Below, in pieces: positions 24,300 through 37,223 of a DNA stretch of 64,000 nucleotides; positions within the stretch are counted from its first letter, which is position 1, and each line of letters starts with the position of its first letter. The translations under genes were made by a program, and so were the position numbers. The DNA is from Scyliorhinus canicula (lineage: Eukaryota), in assembly GCF_902713615.1 (NCBI RefSeq), contig NW_024055466.1, positions 62,001-126,000 on the forward strand. The letters run 5' to 3'. The notes below the pieces were generated by a model. The model ran no database searches. It was not told where the DNA came from and worked only from the letters and a program-made list of their open reading frames with translations.

Positions 24300-25480
24300 A
24301 AACAAAGTTGATTTATTTGAGATTAATCCAGAATATTAAACTCCAGTCCAGTTACTGGAATTATTAACATGAGCAGAAACAAACTCCAACTGTCAGAATG
24401 AACGTGATTCAGTCCTGGATGTGATTAACAGCAGAATCTAACCTTGTAATCACCATGAATTCACTGGTGTCTCAGTAGGTGAAATGACCAAGTGAATGTC
24501 TTGCCACACAGAGCGGGTGAACAGCCTCTTACTCGTGTGACTGTGTTTGTCAGCAGATCCGATTGATTTTAAATCTCTGCTCACACTTGGAACTTTGAAA
24601 AGTGTGGACAAGTGGATGTGTGATGACTGAGTGAATCTCTTCCCACACATGGAACAGATGCACAGCCTCTGCCCAGTGTGAGTGTGCTGGCAGACCTGAG
24701 CCCACATGATCACCTAGAACATAGAACAGTACAGCACAGAACAGGCCCTTCGGCCCTCAATGTTGTGCCGAGCCATGATCACCCTACTCAAACCCACGTA
24801 TCCACCCTATACCCGTAACCCAACAACCCCCCCCCCCCCCCCCAACCTTACTTTTATTAGGACACTACGGGCAATTTAGCATGGCCAATCCACCTAACCC
24901 GCACATCTTTGGACTGTGGGAGGAAACCGGAGCACCCGGAGGAAACCCATGCACACAGGGGGAGGACATGCAGACTCCACACAGACAGTGACCCAGCCGG
25001 GAATCGAACCTGGGACCCTGGAGCTGTGAAGCATTTATGCTAACCACCATACTACCCTGCTGCCCCGGACCTGAATCAGTCCCACTGTGAGAGATTCTGA
25101 ACAGTCTCTTGTCAGTGTATTTTATACTTTCCACAATCCAGACATTTAGAATAGCTTCTGACAGTATGAAGCCGCTGGTGTGTTAACAGGTCGAATGACT
25201 CAGTGAATCCCTCCCCACACATGGAGCAGGTGAATGACCTCTTCCCGGTGTGAACTCACATTCAACCTGTTAACACACCAGTGAGTTCACTCCGGGGAGA
25301 GGTCATTCACCTGCTCCATGTGTGGGGAGGGATTCACTGATACATTCAACCTGTTAACACACCAGTATCAGTGAATCCCTCCCCACACATGGAGCAGGTA
25401 AATGACCTCTCCCCGGTGTGAACTCACTGGTGTTGCTGCAGGATGGACAATCGGCTGAACCTCTTCCTGCACTGAGAGCA
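24300..25480 (-). pseudogene. Decayed C2H2 ZF gene with the family 3'UTR, interrupted by a SINE (24715-25064) and an internal inversion
   Basis: Broken fingers ([22 protein letters not shown]). 24300-24450 matches the 3'UTRs of the neighbouring ZF genes. Confidence 0.75.
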
Positions 25481-25950
25481 GATGAATGGAGTGGAACCGG
25501 AGTGACTGCGCTGGTGAACCATCAGTGAATGTGGGTTTTACAGCTCCTGTCACAGCCTCAGCATTTAAACCCTCTCTCTGCAGTATGAACTCACTGGTGT
25601 GTGTGTGGGGGCTGGATGGAGGAGTTGGACATGGAGAGATATTTGTCCGGGTGGATTGGTGGAAGTGAGGAAACTAGCAGAGGCAGCAGATTGGATTGTC
25701 TCGCACTTACTGGAGGTGAGGATGGAGGAGACAGGGAAGAGGGAGAAAATATCAAAAGGAACTAACTTGTCTTCGAGATATTAAAAAGATTCAACACAAT
25801 GCGTGTGAAATAGAAAGTTGGCTTATTTCGCTTTTATCCACAATATTAATCACTATAACTGGCTGGGGTTTATTAACAACAGCAGAAACGGACCCTAATG
25901 AGCATGGTTCAGTCCTGGATGTGATTAACAGCAAAGTTCAATCACTGTCG

Positions 25951-26652
25951 TTACGCGTGAAGTCGCTGGTGTCTCAGCAGGGCGGATGAGTGAGTGAATC
26001 CCTTCCCACAATCGGAGCAGGTGAATGGCCTCTCCCCAGTGTGGGCGCGCTGATGTACAGTGAGTTGCGAGGACCATCGGAACCCAGTCCCACAGTGAGA
26101 GCACCTGTAAGGTGTCTTGTCAGTGTGAACACGTCGATGTCGCATAAGTTCCCAGGAACTTTTGAAGCACTTCTCACAGTCTGAGCCTTTAAAAGGTCTC
26201 TCCCCAGTGTGAACTCGCTGGTGTATCGTGAGTTGAGATGACCATTTGAACCCAGTCCCACAGTGAGAGCACCTAAACGGTCTCTCGTCAGTGTGAACAC
26301 GTTGGTGGGACATCAGCTCACTGGAACCTTTAAAGCACTTCCCGCATTCTCGACACTTGAAAGGTTTCTCTGCAGTGTGAATCTGCTGGTGTTTTACCAG
26401 GCTCTTTGACTTCATGAATCCCTTCGCACACACAGAACAGGTGAACGGCCTCTCTCCAGTGTGACGGCGTCGATGGGTTTCCAACTCAGACGGGTATCTG
26501 AATCCCTTCCCACATTCCCCACATTTCCACGGTTTCTGCCTGGTCTGACTGCATTTATGTTTTGACAGTCCAGATGATCGACTGAATCCTCGCCCACACA
26601 CACAGCACGTGAACGGTTTCTCCCCACTGTGAACGATGCTTTTTCCTTCCAT
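25951..26652 (-). CDS. C2H2 zinc-finger protein (233 aa; 6 intact and 2 degenerate fingers)
   Basis: Starts [14 protein letters not shown] at ATG 26652, downstream of a ttcacag acceptor (~26750). Direct paralog of the 12.6-13.6 kb copy, including flanks. Confidence 0.85.
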   Translation of the reverse strand: MEGKSIVHSGEKPFTCCVCGRGFSRSSGLSKHKCSQTRQKPWKCGECGKGFRYPSELETHRRRHTGERPFTCSVCAKGFMKSKSLVKHQQIHTAEKPFKCRECGKCFKGSSELMSHQRVHTDERPFRCSHCGTGFKWSSQLTIHQRVHTGERPFKGSDCEKCFKSSWELMRHRRVHTDKTPYRCSHCGTGFRWSSQLTVHQRAHTGERPFTCSDCGKGFTHSSALLRHQRLHA

Positions 26653-28874
26653 GTTCGAAATTGGATGATATAAAGTCACAAATTGGGTGACTGTCGGATC
26701 CTGATGCGATGTTCGATTCGAGTTTCCCAACAAATCCCCATCTCACATCCTGTGAAATTGATTGAAAACAGAAAACAGGTAGTGAGAGAACCCACAAAAA
26801 CACAAAGGCAGGTTGTGAAATTGAGCTGAATGAATCTGGTCATTTGTGGGGCCGACACTGGGAAAAAGTGACCATGAAAACGGCTGGATTGTCACAAAAA
26901 CCCAGCTGGATCACTGATGTCCTTCAGGGAAGAGAACCTCCCACCCAGTGTGGATCTACACAAGACTCTGTCCTTTATGTCTTCAACTCAAACAGAACTT
27001 AGAATCTCCAAACTCTGAAGCTCTCCCGCCACCAAGAAAGAGCTGAGAGCTCAGCCATTTCAGACTCAGCCTCATTGCTGTTGGTGCTTCCACATGGAGG
27101 CCAGGCTGGGTAAGGATGGCAGATTTCCTTCAAGGACATTTACCAGATGGGTTTTTACAACAATCAACAATAGTTTCACGGTCGTCATTTTAAACTTTTT
27201 AAATTCCATATTTTTACTCAATTCAAATTCCACCATCTGCCTGGTGGGATTCAAACCCATTTCCCCAGAGCATTACCCTGGGTCTCTGGATTACAAGTGC
27301 AGTGACAATACCACTACGCCAATATGTGCCCCTTTGTGATGTACATTAACACCATCGCCTACAAGTTCCCATCAAAATCACACAGCACCCTGACCAGTCT
27401 GACATTCAGTACAAGAGGAACTGGAATCTCCTCCAACCCTCTCCCTGGCAACTGAGTGAGATTGACACAAACTCTTCACACCTTCAGAATAATATTTCAC
27501 CCCAAGGTGAGTGTACAAGCACATATCCCCATCATCACCAAGACCACTATTTCCACATCAGGAACTTCACCCAACTGCACCCTAATCCCAGTTCATCTAT
27601 TGCTGAAACTCCCATCCCTTCCTGTTACCTCTATTATCCTACACACTCCCGGCCAGCCTCTCAGATTCATTCTCCCTGTAGTTCTGGGGGTCACACAAAA
27701 CTCTGCTGCCTGTGTGCTTCCTCACACCAAATCCTGTTCACCCATCACCCCTATGCTCACTGACTGACCACTGTAATCTCCTCCAGCCTCACAACCCTCT
27801 GGGATATCTGCACTTCCTCAAATTCCTGAACATTCTGATTTCAACTGTGCCTCCATTTTTGGCTGCACCTTCATTTTCCCAAGGCCATAAATTGTGGAAT
27901 TTCCTTCCTAACTCTTTCCGCCTCTCAATCTAACTTTCCTCCTTTAGGATATTCCTTCAAACCTACCTCTTTGATCCACCTTTTGGCCATCAGCCCTAAT
28001 ATCTGCTTCTGTGGCTCGTGTCAATGTTGTTTGATAACATTTCTGTGAAATATTGAGGAATGTTTTATTACATTAAAGGCTCAATATAAATAGATTAGCG
28101 CATAATGATTTGGACATATATCACCGCTGTTCCGTCATCATCACTGGGTGAATAACCTGTAACTCCTTATCTAACAGCATTGTGGGAGCACCTTCACCAC
28201 ACAGACTGCAGCGGTTCAAGAAGGTCAAACGTTATAATCTCACCAACTGGGGTTTGGCAATATTTGCTGTTGGTCTTGTTAGTGACACCATTGAGGAGTC
28301 ACCTGGGGAGTGGGGGTGATGTCACTGTGCAATTGTGGGTGCGCGATGACATCACAGACAGGAAGACAGAACATCTGGGTCGGTGCAAACCAGTGATCAC
28401 CACACAACCTGGAGGATGTGAGGGTCCTTGAGTCAGTGCAAAGGTGATTTACCAAAATGGTTCCAGGGATGAGGGTTATAGTTGCAATGTTAGGTTGGAA
28501 AAACTGCGGTTGGATTTGGATTTTGTTTATTGTCACATGTACCAAGAATGCGACAACTCAACAGATCATTAAGTACATGAAAATAAGGTAAAATAAATGC
28601 ATAATAGGGCAACACAAGGTACACAATGTAACTACATAAACACTGGCAATTATTTGTTGTAAAACACAGCGAGTTGTTGTGATTTGGAATGCACTGTCCA
28701 TAAATGGTGCTAGAATCTCATTGAACTGTAACTTCCGAAAGGGAATTTGTTGCATTCCGAAAAAGAAAACAAAATAGTCGAACTGTGGGATTAAATGGGT
28801 CGCTGGACAAAGAGCTTGCATGGGAAAAATGGGCCAAATAGACTCCTCTGTGCTCTAGCAGCCTTGTGTACATG

Positions 28875-29695
28875 TAAAGGAAGTGACTTGCACAAGTTGA
28901 GTGAGTGGGCAAATGAAAGGATGCAGTAAAATATGGAGAAATGCGAGGTTATCCACTTTTGTAGCAAAAACAAGAAGGCAGACGATTAGCTGAATGGCCA
29001 TAAATTAGGAGAGGGGACTATGCAACGAGACCTGGGTGTCCTCGTACACCTGTCACTGAAGGTAAACATGCAGCTACAGCAGGCGGTACAGGAGCAGGAA
29101 TATCTTGCTGTCATTATACAGGGCCTTGGTAAGGCCGTACCTGGAATATTGTGAGCAGTTTTGGCCTCCTTATCTGAAGCAGGATGTTCTTGCTCAAGAG
29201 GGAGTGCAGAGAAGGTTTACCAGACTGATTCCTGGGATGGTGGGACAGACGTATGAGAGATTGAATCAGTTAGGTTTGTATTTGCTGGAGTTCCGAAGAA
29301 TGGGGGATCTCATAGAAATCTATAATATTCCAACAGGACTTGACAGGGTAGATGTGGCAAAGATTTTCCCGATGGTGGGAGTGTACAGAACCAGAGGTTG
29401 CAGTCTGAGGATACGGGGTAGACCACTGAGTTCAGAGATGAGGAGACATTTCTTCAACCAGAGAGTGGTGAGACTGTGGAATTTGTTACCACAGGAAATA
29501 GTTGAGGTCAATACATTGTATGTTTTCAAGAAGCAGTTAGATATCGCACTGAGGGCAAAGGGGATCAAAGGATATGGAGGGGAAAGCGGGATTAGGCTAT
29601 GGAGTTGGATGATAAGCAATGATCATAATGAATGGCGGAGCAGGAGCAAAGGGCCAAATGGTCTCTTCCTGTACCTATTTTCTATGTTTCTATGT
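28875..29695 (+). mobile_element. CR1 LINE 3' portion truncating the 3' end of the ZF array
   Basis: LYRALVRPYLEYCEQFW...RRFTRLIPG and a tail ending tttctatgtttctatg. Mirrored at 53647-54210. Confidence 0.85.
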
Positions 29696-29712
29696 AATCC
29701 CTTCCCACACTA

Positions 29713-31012
29713 GAACATAGAACATTACAGCGCAGTACAGGCCCGTAGGCCCACGATGTTGCGCCGTCCTGTGAAACCCCTCTAAAGTCCTTCTACACTA
29801 TTCCCTTATCGTCCATATGCCTATCCAATGACCATTTGAATGCGTTTAGTGTTGGTGAGTCCACTACTGTTGCAGGCAGGGCATTCCACGCCCTTACTAC
29901 TCTCTGGGTGAAGAACATACCTCTGACATCTGTCCTATATCTATCTCCCCTCAATTTAAAGCTATGTCTGCTCGTGCTGGACATAACCATCCGAGGAAAA
30001 AGGCTCTCAATGTCCACCCTATCTAATCCTCTGATCATCTTGTATGCCTCAATTAAGTCACCTCTTAACCTTCTTCTCTCTAACGAAAACAGCCTCAAGT
30101 CCTTCAGCCTTTCCACATAAGATCTTCCCTCGATACCAGGCAACATCCTTGTAAATCTCCTCTGCACCCTTTCCAATGCTTCCACATCCTTCCTATAACG
30201 TGGCGACCAGAACTGCACGCAATACTCCAAATGCGGCCGCACCAGAGTTTTGTACAACTGCAACATGACCTCATGGCTCCGAAACTAAATTCCTCTACCA
30301 ATAAAAGCTAACACACCGTACGCCTTCTTAACAACCCTCTCAACCTGGGTGGCAACTTTCAGGGATCTATGTACATGGACACCGAGATCTCTCTGCTCGT
30401 CCACACTACCAAGAATTTTACCATTAGCCCAGTACTCTGTCTTCCTGTTATTCCTTCCAAAATGAATCACCTCACACTTCTCTGCATTGAACTCCATTTG
30501 CCACCTCTACAGCTTATCTATGTCCCTCTGTAACTTGTAACATCCTTCTGCCCTGTCCACAACTCCACCGACTTTAGTGTCATCTGCAAATTTACTCACC
30601 CATCCTTCTACGCCCTCCTCAAGGTCATTTATAAAAATGACAAACAGCAGCGGCCCCAAAACAGATCCTTATGGTACACCACTAGTAACTGGACACCAGT
30701 CAGAACATTTCCCATCAACCACCACCCTTTGTCTTCTATCAGCTAGCCAATTTCTGATCCAAACTGCTAAATCACCCTGAATCCCATGCTTCTGTATTTT
30801 CTGCAATAGCCTACCGTGGGGAACCTTATCAAATGCTTTACTGAAATCCATTTACACCACATCAGCTGCTTTACCCTCATCCACCTGTTTGGTCACCTTC
30901 TCGAAGAACACAATGAGGTTTGTGAGGCACGACCTACCCTTCACAAAACCATGTTGACTATCTCTAAGCAAATTATTCCTTTCCAGATGATTATACATCC
31001 GATCTCTTATAA
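29713..31012 (-). mobile_element. Young 5'-truncated CR1 LINE with 6-bp TSD at the ZF stop codon
   Basis: DFSKAFDKVPHGRL and LYKTLVRPHLEYCVQFWSP motifs, (ttctatg)n tail. acacta duplicated at 29707-29712 and 31013-31018. The mirrored site at ~53630 is empty. Confidence 0.88.
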
Positions 31013-31015
31013 ACA

Positions 31016-31546
31016 CTAAGAGCAGGTGAATGGCCTCTCCCCAGTGTGAACTCGCTGATGTCTCTGCAGGTTGGATAACTGTGTGAATCCATTCCCACAG
31101 AGGGAGCAGGTGAATGGCTTCACCCCAGTGTGAACTCGCTGATGTTTCAGTAGGGTGGATGAATCAATGAATCCTTTCACACACTGAGAGCAGGTGAATG
31201 GCCTCTCCCCAGTGTGAATTCGCTGATGTCTCCGCAGGGTGGATGAATCAATAAATCCCTTCCCACATTGAGAGCAGGTAAACGGCTTCTCCCCAGTGTG
31301 AATTCGCTGGTGTAACTGCAGGGTGGATAATCGAGTGAATCCCTTCCCACACCGAGAGCAGGTGAATGGCTTCTCCCCAGTGTGAATTCGCTGGTGTGTC
31401 TGCAGGGTGGATGACTGAGCAAATCCCTTCTCACACTGAGAGCAGGTGAACGGTCTCTCTCCAGTGTGACTGCGGCGATGAATCTCCAGCTTAGATGGGA
31501 ATTTGTATCCCTTCCCACAGTCCCCACATTTCCATGGTTTCTCCAT
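31016..31546 (-). CDS. C2H2 zinc-finger protein, 6 fingers
   Basis: [13 protein letters not shown] start at ATG 31546, ends TGERPFTCS-stop. Inverted paralog of 52851-53633. Confidence 0.85.
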   Translation of the reverse strand: MEKPWKCGDCGKGYKFPSKLEIHRRSHTGERPFTCSQCEKGFAQSSTLQTHQRIHTGEKPFTCSRCGKGFTRLSTLQLHQRIHTGEKPFTCSQCGKGFIDSSTLRRHQRIHTGERPFTCSQCVKGFIDSSTLLKHQRVHTGVKPFTCSLCGNGFTQLSNLQRHQRVHTGERPFTCS

Positions 31547-33399
31547 GTTTTGGGTCTCCTCGTGTCTCTCCAGGTTGGACAATCAGTGGAAGCCTTGTCT
31601 ACACACAGAACATGTGCACGGTCTCTCCTCACTGTGAATGGTGTGATGTTTTCAGGCTGTGTATCTGGTTGAAGTTCTTTCCACAGTCAGTTCACTGGAA
31701 CACTCTCACTCGGGTGTGTGTTGTGTGGGTCTCGGTGCTTTTCCAGTCACACTCACATTAAAAAATTTTTGAAGCTCACAGATCGGACAAACATTTCTTC
31801 TTCTTGCCGATGATATTCAGATCAGAAGGAATCGAGTGAGTTTGAGAAATCTGTCTATAATTCCTCCCCTTCCAATATCCTTTAAAAACAATTTACGAAA
31901 GTCATCAATTAGTACAGGATAGAAATTCAGAACAGACAATTCTAGTTTCGATGGAACATTATTGCCTCTCTCGTTCTCCAAAAGCTGTAAATCTCCACCC
32001 CCCCCCCCCCCCCCCCAACCCCCCCACCCCATTCTCACTCTGCTGTATCTAATATTCACCCTCCCAATTCTCCTGAAGGTGCTGATTCACGTTGATTGAC
32101 AGATTCAACCTCAGCTCACTGCTTCCTGACCAGGACACAGGGATTAAAATAGGAGTAAGAGTAGGCCATTCGGCCCACCGAGTCTGCTCAACCATTCAAT
32201 GAGATCCTTGGCCGATCTACCTCAGCACCATTTCCCACACGATCCCCTATCCCTCGATATCTTCAATATCTAGAAACCTATCAATATTTGTCTTGAACAT
32301 ATCTGATGACTGAGGCTCCACATTCCTCTGGGGTAGAGAATTCCAAAGCTTCACCACATCCTCGAGTGAAGAAATCCCTCCTCACCTCAGCTTTCTCTCT
32401 ATTTTCCTACCCGTTTCCCATAACCCTTAACTCCATTGTCAATAAAATATCTGTCAAACTTGTGCTTCAATATATTCAATGACCCCCAGATACAACTGGT
32501 CCCTGTGGAAGAGAAATCCAAAGACTAACAACCCTCTGAGGGAAGAGATGACTGGAAATCTATAACGTAGCCACAGTCTTATATTACAAGGCGAGAAATA
32601 ATAATACATTTGCTTTATTACAGAACGGTAAATAATATATCTAATCTGTACCATGTAACAACACCAGACACATCTCTGTCGATTGTTAATTTAATGTCCC
32701 CTGAAATGGCAGCCATCTCCTGGGGAACCCACCCCTTTAATTGTGAACATTAGGAAAGAAACCATCCTTTTAACCAGACAAATAAATATGTCAAGCTGAA
32801 GGGGAGACCTGGACGACAAGGGAGAACAATAAATCAGAGGTCTCTCCGATGGCAAGGAAGTGAACCCTGGCAGGTGGGCGGGGAGGATTCACAAACACCC
32901 GCTGGAGGCCCCAAACCCCCAATAAGATCCATTGATTTTGTCAGTCTGCAGACAGGAGCTGGAGAACTCAACCCAGGCAGAGGAGAGGGAGGGAGAAAAC
33001 TGGGAGTGAGATGGTGAGATGGGTTTGGATTTCAGCCCAGGGAGAAGGGAGAGTGTGTGCGACGAGGATTTACAGCTTTGGGGGAACAAGAGAGGAAAGA
33101 ATGTTCCAGAGAAACTAGAATTGCCTGTTCAGAATTTCTATCCTGGACTGACAGTGATGGCTTTTGTAAACTCCTTTTACAGGGGATTAGAATGGGAGAA
33201 TTTGCACACAACAAACTGAACCCAACAGAAAGGTTTGTCTCTTTGCGAATTCTACCCTGCATTGACAGTGATGACTTATGTAAACTCCTTTTATAGGGGA
33301 TTAGAAGGGGAGAATTTACAGATAGAAACTCAAATCAAATTTCACATCAAGTTTTAACAGAATCACTCCATTCATCAGGACCTGAATATCATTGGCCTG

Positions 33400-34103
33400 T
33401 GAATGTAGAAGAAGAAATGTTTGTCTGTTCTGTCTGTAGGAAAACATTTTCAAGATAAGTGTGACTGTAAAAAAAACCAATACACACTCGACTCGAGTGA
33501 GTGTTCCATTGAACTGACTGTGGAAAGAGCTTTAATCAGTTCCAGTCTGAAAAAACATCACACCATCCAGAGAGAGGAGAGATTGTACACGTGCTCTCTG
33601 TGGAGACAAGGGCGCCACGGTAGCACAGTGTGTAGCACTGTTGATTCTCAGCGCCAGGGACTTGGGTTCGATTCCCGATTTGGGCCACTGTCTGTGCGGA
33701 GTCTGCACGTTCTCCCCGTGTCTGTGTGGGTTTCCTCCGGGTGTTCCTGTTTCCTCCCACAAGTCCCAAAAAACGTGCTTGTTTGGTGATTTGGACATTC
33801 TGAATTCTCCCTCTGTGTACCCGAACAGGCGCCAGAGTGTGTCGACTGGGGCTTTTCACAGTGACGTCATTGCAGTGTTAATATAAGCCCATTTGTTACA
33901 CTAATAAAGTTTACTATTTAGTATTCAACTGATCGTCAAACGTGGAGAGGGACAAGGACACCAGCAGCATGTTGAAAACTTGGAAACGTGGGGACTGTGG
34001 GAAGGGATTCAGGTCCCCATGTGAGCTGGAGATTCATCACCGTAGTCACACCGGCGACAGAGCATTCACCTGCTAAGTATGGGAAGGGATTCACTCAGCT
34101 ATC
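33400..34103 (+). pseudogene. ZF pseudogene fragment interrupted by a SINE and truncated by an L1
   Basis: Family leader fingers plus WKRGDCGKGF with frameshifts. Mirrored at 47160-47325 and 49592-49830. Confidence 0.75.
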
Positions 34104-35437
34104 CGAGGTGAGGATTTACCAGGATATGGAAGCTGAGCTGGTGAGGAAGCGAGCGGCCTTTAATAAGGTTCAGGCTGCTCTATGTAAGAAAGGAGTTTGA
34201 TTCGGGGCGGTATACCCAGCAAAGCTGCGGGTTACAAATCAGTCCAAAGACTTCCATTTCGTGATACTAGTGGAGGCGAATGCCTTTACTGTAAAGCATG
34301 GACTGAGTCTAGTTATCTGTATTGGACAAGATCTACATTCCTGTGGGGTGGGATGGGTGTTGTGATATCCTCGATATAGTTTTTGACATTTTCTGATAGA
34401 ATCTATTTTTCTGTGTGGGGATGAAGAGAGATTTTCTTTACAAAGCACAACGTAGATCTGTGTGGGTGGGTGGTGGGGGGAGGGGGGGGGGGGGGGGGGA
34501 GGACGGCCCCCATTGGAAATTGAGTCTAGTAAGGGACTGCATTCTGAAATATGTTTTATTCACGCAGTGGGCAATATTGTTGTTTTTATTTTCTTGTTGT
34601 CCTGAGAGGAGTTTCCCTACCAGCAGTCAGCTGGTGAAGGGGAGTGAGATTGGGGGGGGGGGGGGGGGGGGGGGGGGGTGTAGCTGCAGCTGGTGAACCA
34701 GTTTTGGCTGGTTCAACAAGCTCAGCGTCAGGGCCGGAGCCGGGGGGGGGGAGGGTGGTTTTGGATTCAATGTGTGTGTCTAGGTGAGGCGTTGGTGAAA
34801 ACTGGGGCAGGGGGGTTAGTTTGCTGATGATGACTATAAAACTGTTTTTGTTTTACTCTGAAGATGTGTGCGCGTGGCGGTCATCTTGGGTGGACCCTTG
34901 GCCTGTACTTTTTGAAGATTTGCTGGATAGTCCCTCACGGTGGAAATGGCTGATTCCGTGATGGGGGCTGGTGCGGAGACTCTTGATTCAGGGCTGGTCA
35001 TCTGGAACGCAAGGGGATTGGGTGGACCAGTGAAGGTCAAGGGTTTTCGCTCACCTAAAGAATCAAAATGCTGGTGTGGTATCCTTGCAGGAGACTCATT
35101 TGCAGGTTAGAGATCAGACCAGACTGCGGAGGGGTGAGCCAAGTGTTTCACTCGGGCTTTGACAAAGGGTTTGAGGTGCTGCAATTCTAATCAATAAACA
35201 GATCCCTCTTTCAGTCACTAGGATCATTGCGGACGCTAATGGGAGATACGTGGTGGTCAGTGGGTCGTTGGCAGGTACATTGGTGGTGTTGGTGAATGGC
35301 TAAGTCCCTAACTGGGACGATGTGGCATTTGTAAAAAAAATTGTTGGGATCCATCCCAGACCTGGATACACATCAATCAATGCTTGGCGGAGACTTCACT
35401 TGCGTACTGGATCTGGAAATGGACTGGTCCAAGCCCA
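34104..35437 (+). mobile_element. L1-clade LINE internal fragment (ORF1 end and ORF2 endonuclease start)
   Basis: VRIYQDMEAELVRKRAAFNKV (ORF1 C-terminus). IWNARGLGGPVK...LQETHL...GRYVVVSG...LGGDF (APE motifs). Confidence 0.75.
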
Positions 35438-36329
35438 TTTAACCGCTATAAATACACAATAACGGAGTGGAATCTGGATGGACCATCTGGCATGACCCAG
35501 GCACCGGAACGACAACAGCGAACCCGGAAAAAAGATAAATCAATCTGTTCCCATCAGTAGATTGTTAAAGAATTGTGGGACACAGATTTCAGATTGTGAG
35601 CAAGATCTACAGGGAGGATACGAGGAAGAAATTTTACAGAGTGAGTGATAATGATATGGAACTCAATGCTTACACACAAAGGTCGATAATCTCCAGGTCC
35701 TGATAACTCGAATGGTGCTGTCAGAATTTGATGTGAGGATTGGTTGTGAGTTTCCTGTCTGCAAATCCCTTTCTAAGTCCCTATGAAAGAAGTTTACAAA
35801 GGCATCACTGTCAGTCCAGAAATGAAATTCCGGAAAGATAAACATTTCTCCTGGTTTGAATTTGCTGTGTGTAAATCCTCCCCTACTAATCCCCTGTAAA
35901 AGGAGATTCCAAAATTAATCACCGGTCAGTCCAGGATAGAAATTCACAACATTCTCCCCTCCTGTTCACGGGTCCAGGATGACCGCTCATGCCCCCCCCG
36001 CCCCACTGCACACTGATCCTCTCGTCATCAACAGTCCCCTGATTTGAGGGTGATGTTGACTCAGGGTTGTGAGTTTCTGCCCTGGGTCTTCATGTGGCTG
36101 AACAGAGCCGCAGAGCTTTGGACACATAGGGCAGGAGTTCCAATGAGACAGTGAAATCTGCAGAGCAGGATTGGCTTCCTTTTCTTTCCATCTCTGCCAC
36201 CGCTTTGCATCATCAATAAGACATTGGGACTGAAAGACTAATCCAGTTTGATGGACAAGTTGTCTCCATTCTGAACAATGGGGAACAAGCTCCTCCCACT
36301 CATTGAAACATCGCCCCGACAAAAATGAG

Positions 36330-36790
36330 AAACGCGCATGCGCCCTGATGCACATCCAATAAAGATGGCGGTCGTTAACCCGAGCCGAACATGAACTGCA
36401 GCCCCGTTCAGTACAAACTGTATTCGGAGACCTCTTTTCCGAGGATTGCAGCTTACAACAGCTTTACAGGATGTTTCCGCCCACTCCCGCGATCTCTCAC
36501 TCCCTCCATGTTGTTAAACGCCTTTTACCAATTCCGGATCTGAATACACAGCCCTTCTCCTTCGCCATTACCCACACTGCGCATGCTTCAATCACAGCGG
36601 GCCCCGCCCCGCCCCGCCCCGCCCCTCATTCACTCCGATTGCTTGGAGGACGAGCCGCTCTTGGTCGGTCCTCCAGTCTCGCCCCTCCTCGTCCTATTGG
36701 TCGGCAGCCGCCGTCAATCACCCGGGCATTGTGACGGTTCCAGATGGTGAGAGTGGCCACAGGCTCAGGCTGACTGGCTGATTGTCCAAT
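36330..36790 (-). promoter_or_regulatory. CpG promoter of the left ZF arm
   Basis: CCAAT-type boxes, four tandem GC boxes (ccccgcccc), NRF1 tgcgcatgc and a YY1-like ATGGCG. Inverted copy at 45478-45900. Confidence 0.65.
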
Positions 36791-37031
36791 AATAACAGTG
36801 AGAGTCTCAGTGGGACAATCAGACAATAATAGTGGAGATGGGGCCCTGAGGAGAAACAACAAAGGATTCACTCACTTTCAGAGTAACAAACACAGTGTAT
36901 GTTCCAATAATAAGTCAGACTGCAGTGTGTGAGTGAACACATAATTGGATCCAATGTAGAATCATAGAATTCCCTCAGTGCAGAAGGAGGTCATTCGGCC
37001 CATTGAGTCTGTAGCAACCCTCTGAAAGAGC

Positions 37032-37223
37032 CATGGTGTGGAAATGCCTGCGTTGGACTGGGGTGAGCACAGTAATAAGTCTTACAACACCAGTCCAAAC
37101 ATGGTTAAAGTCCAACATGTTTGTTACAAACACGAGCTTTCGGAGCACTGCTCCTTCCTCAGGTGAAAGCTCGTGTTTGAAACAAACATGTTGTGCTTTA
37201 AACTGGTGTTGTAAGACTTCTTA
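37032..37223. mobile_element. Penelope inverted-arm element inserted in an HE1 SINE, 12-bp TSD
   Basis: ctctgaaagagc at 37020-37031 and 37224-37235. Asymmetric inverted arms. Confidence 0.78.
37131..37166 (-). ncRNA. Minimal type I hammerhead ribozyme motif, best-preserved copy
   Basis: - strand TCAC-CTGAGGA-A-GGAGC-AGT-GCTCC-GAAA-GC-TC-GTG, with palindromic AGCU stem III. Confidence 0.68.
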
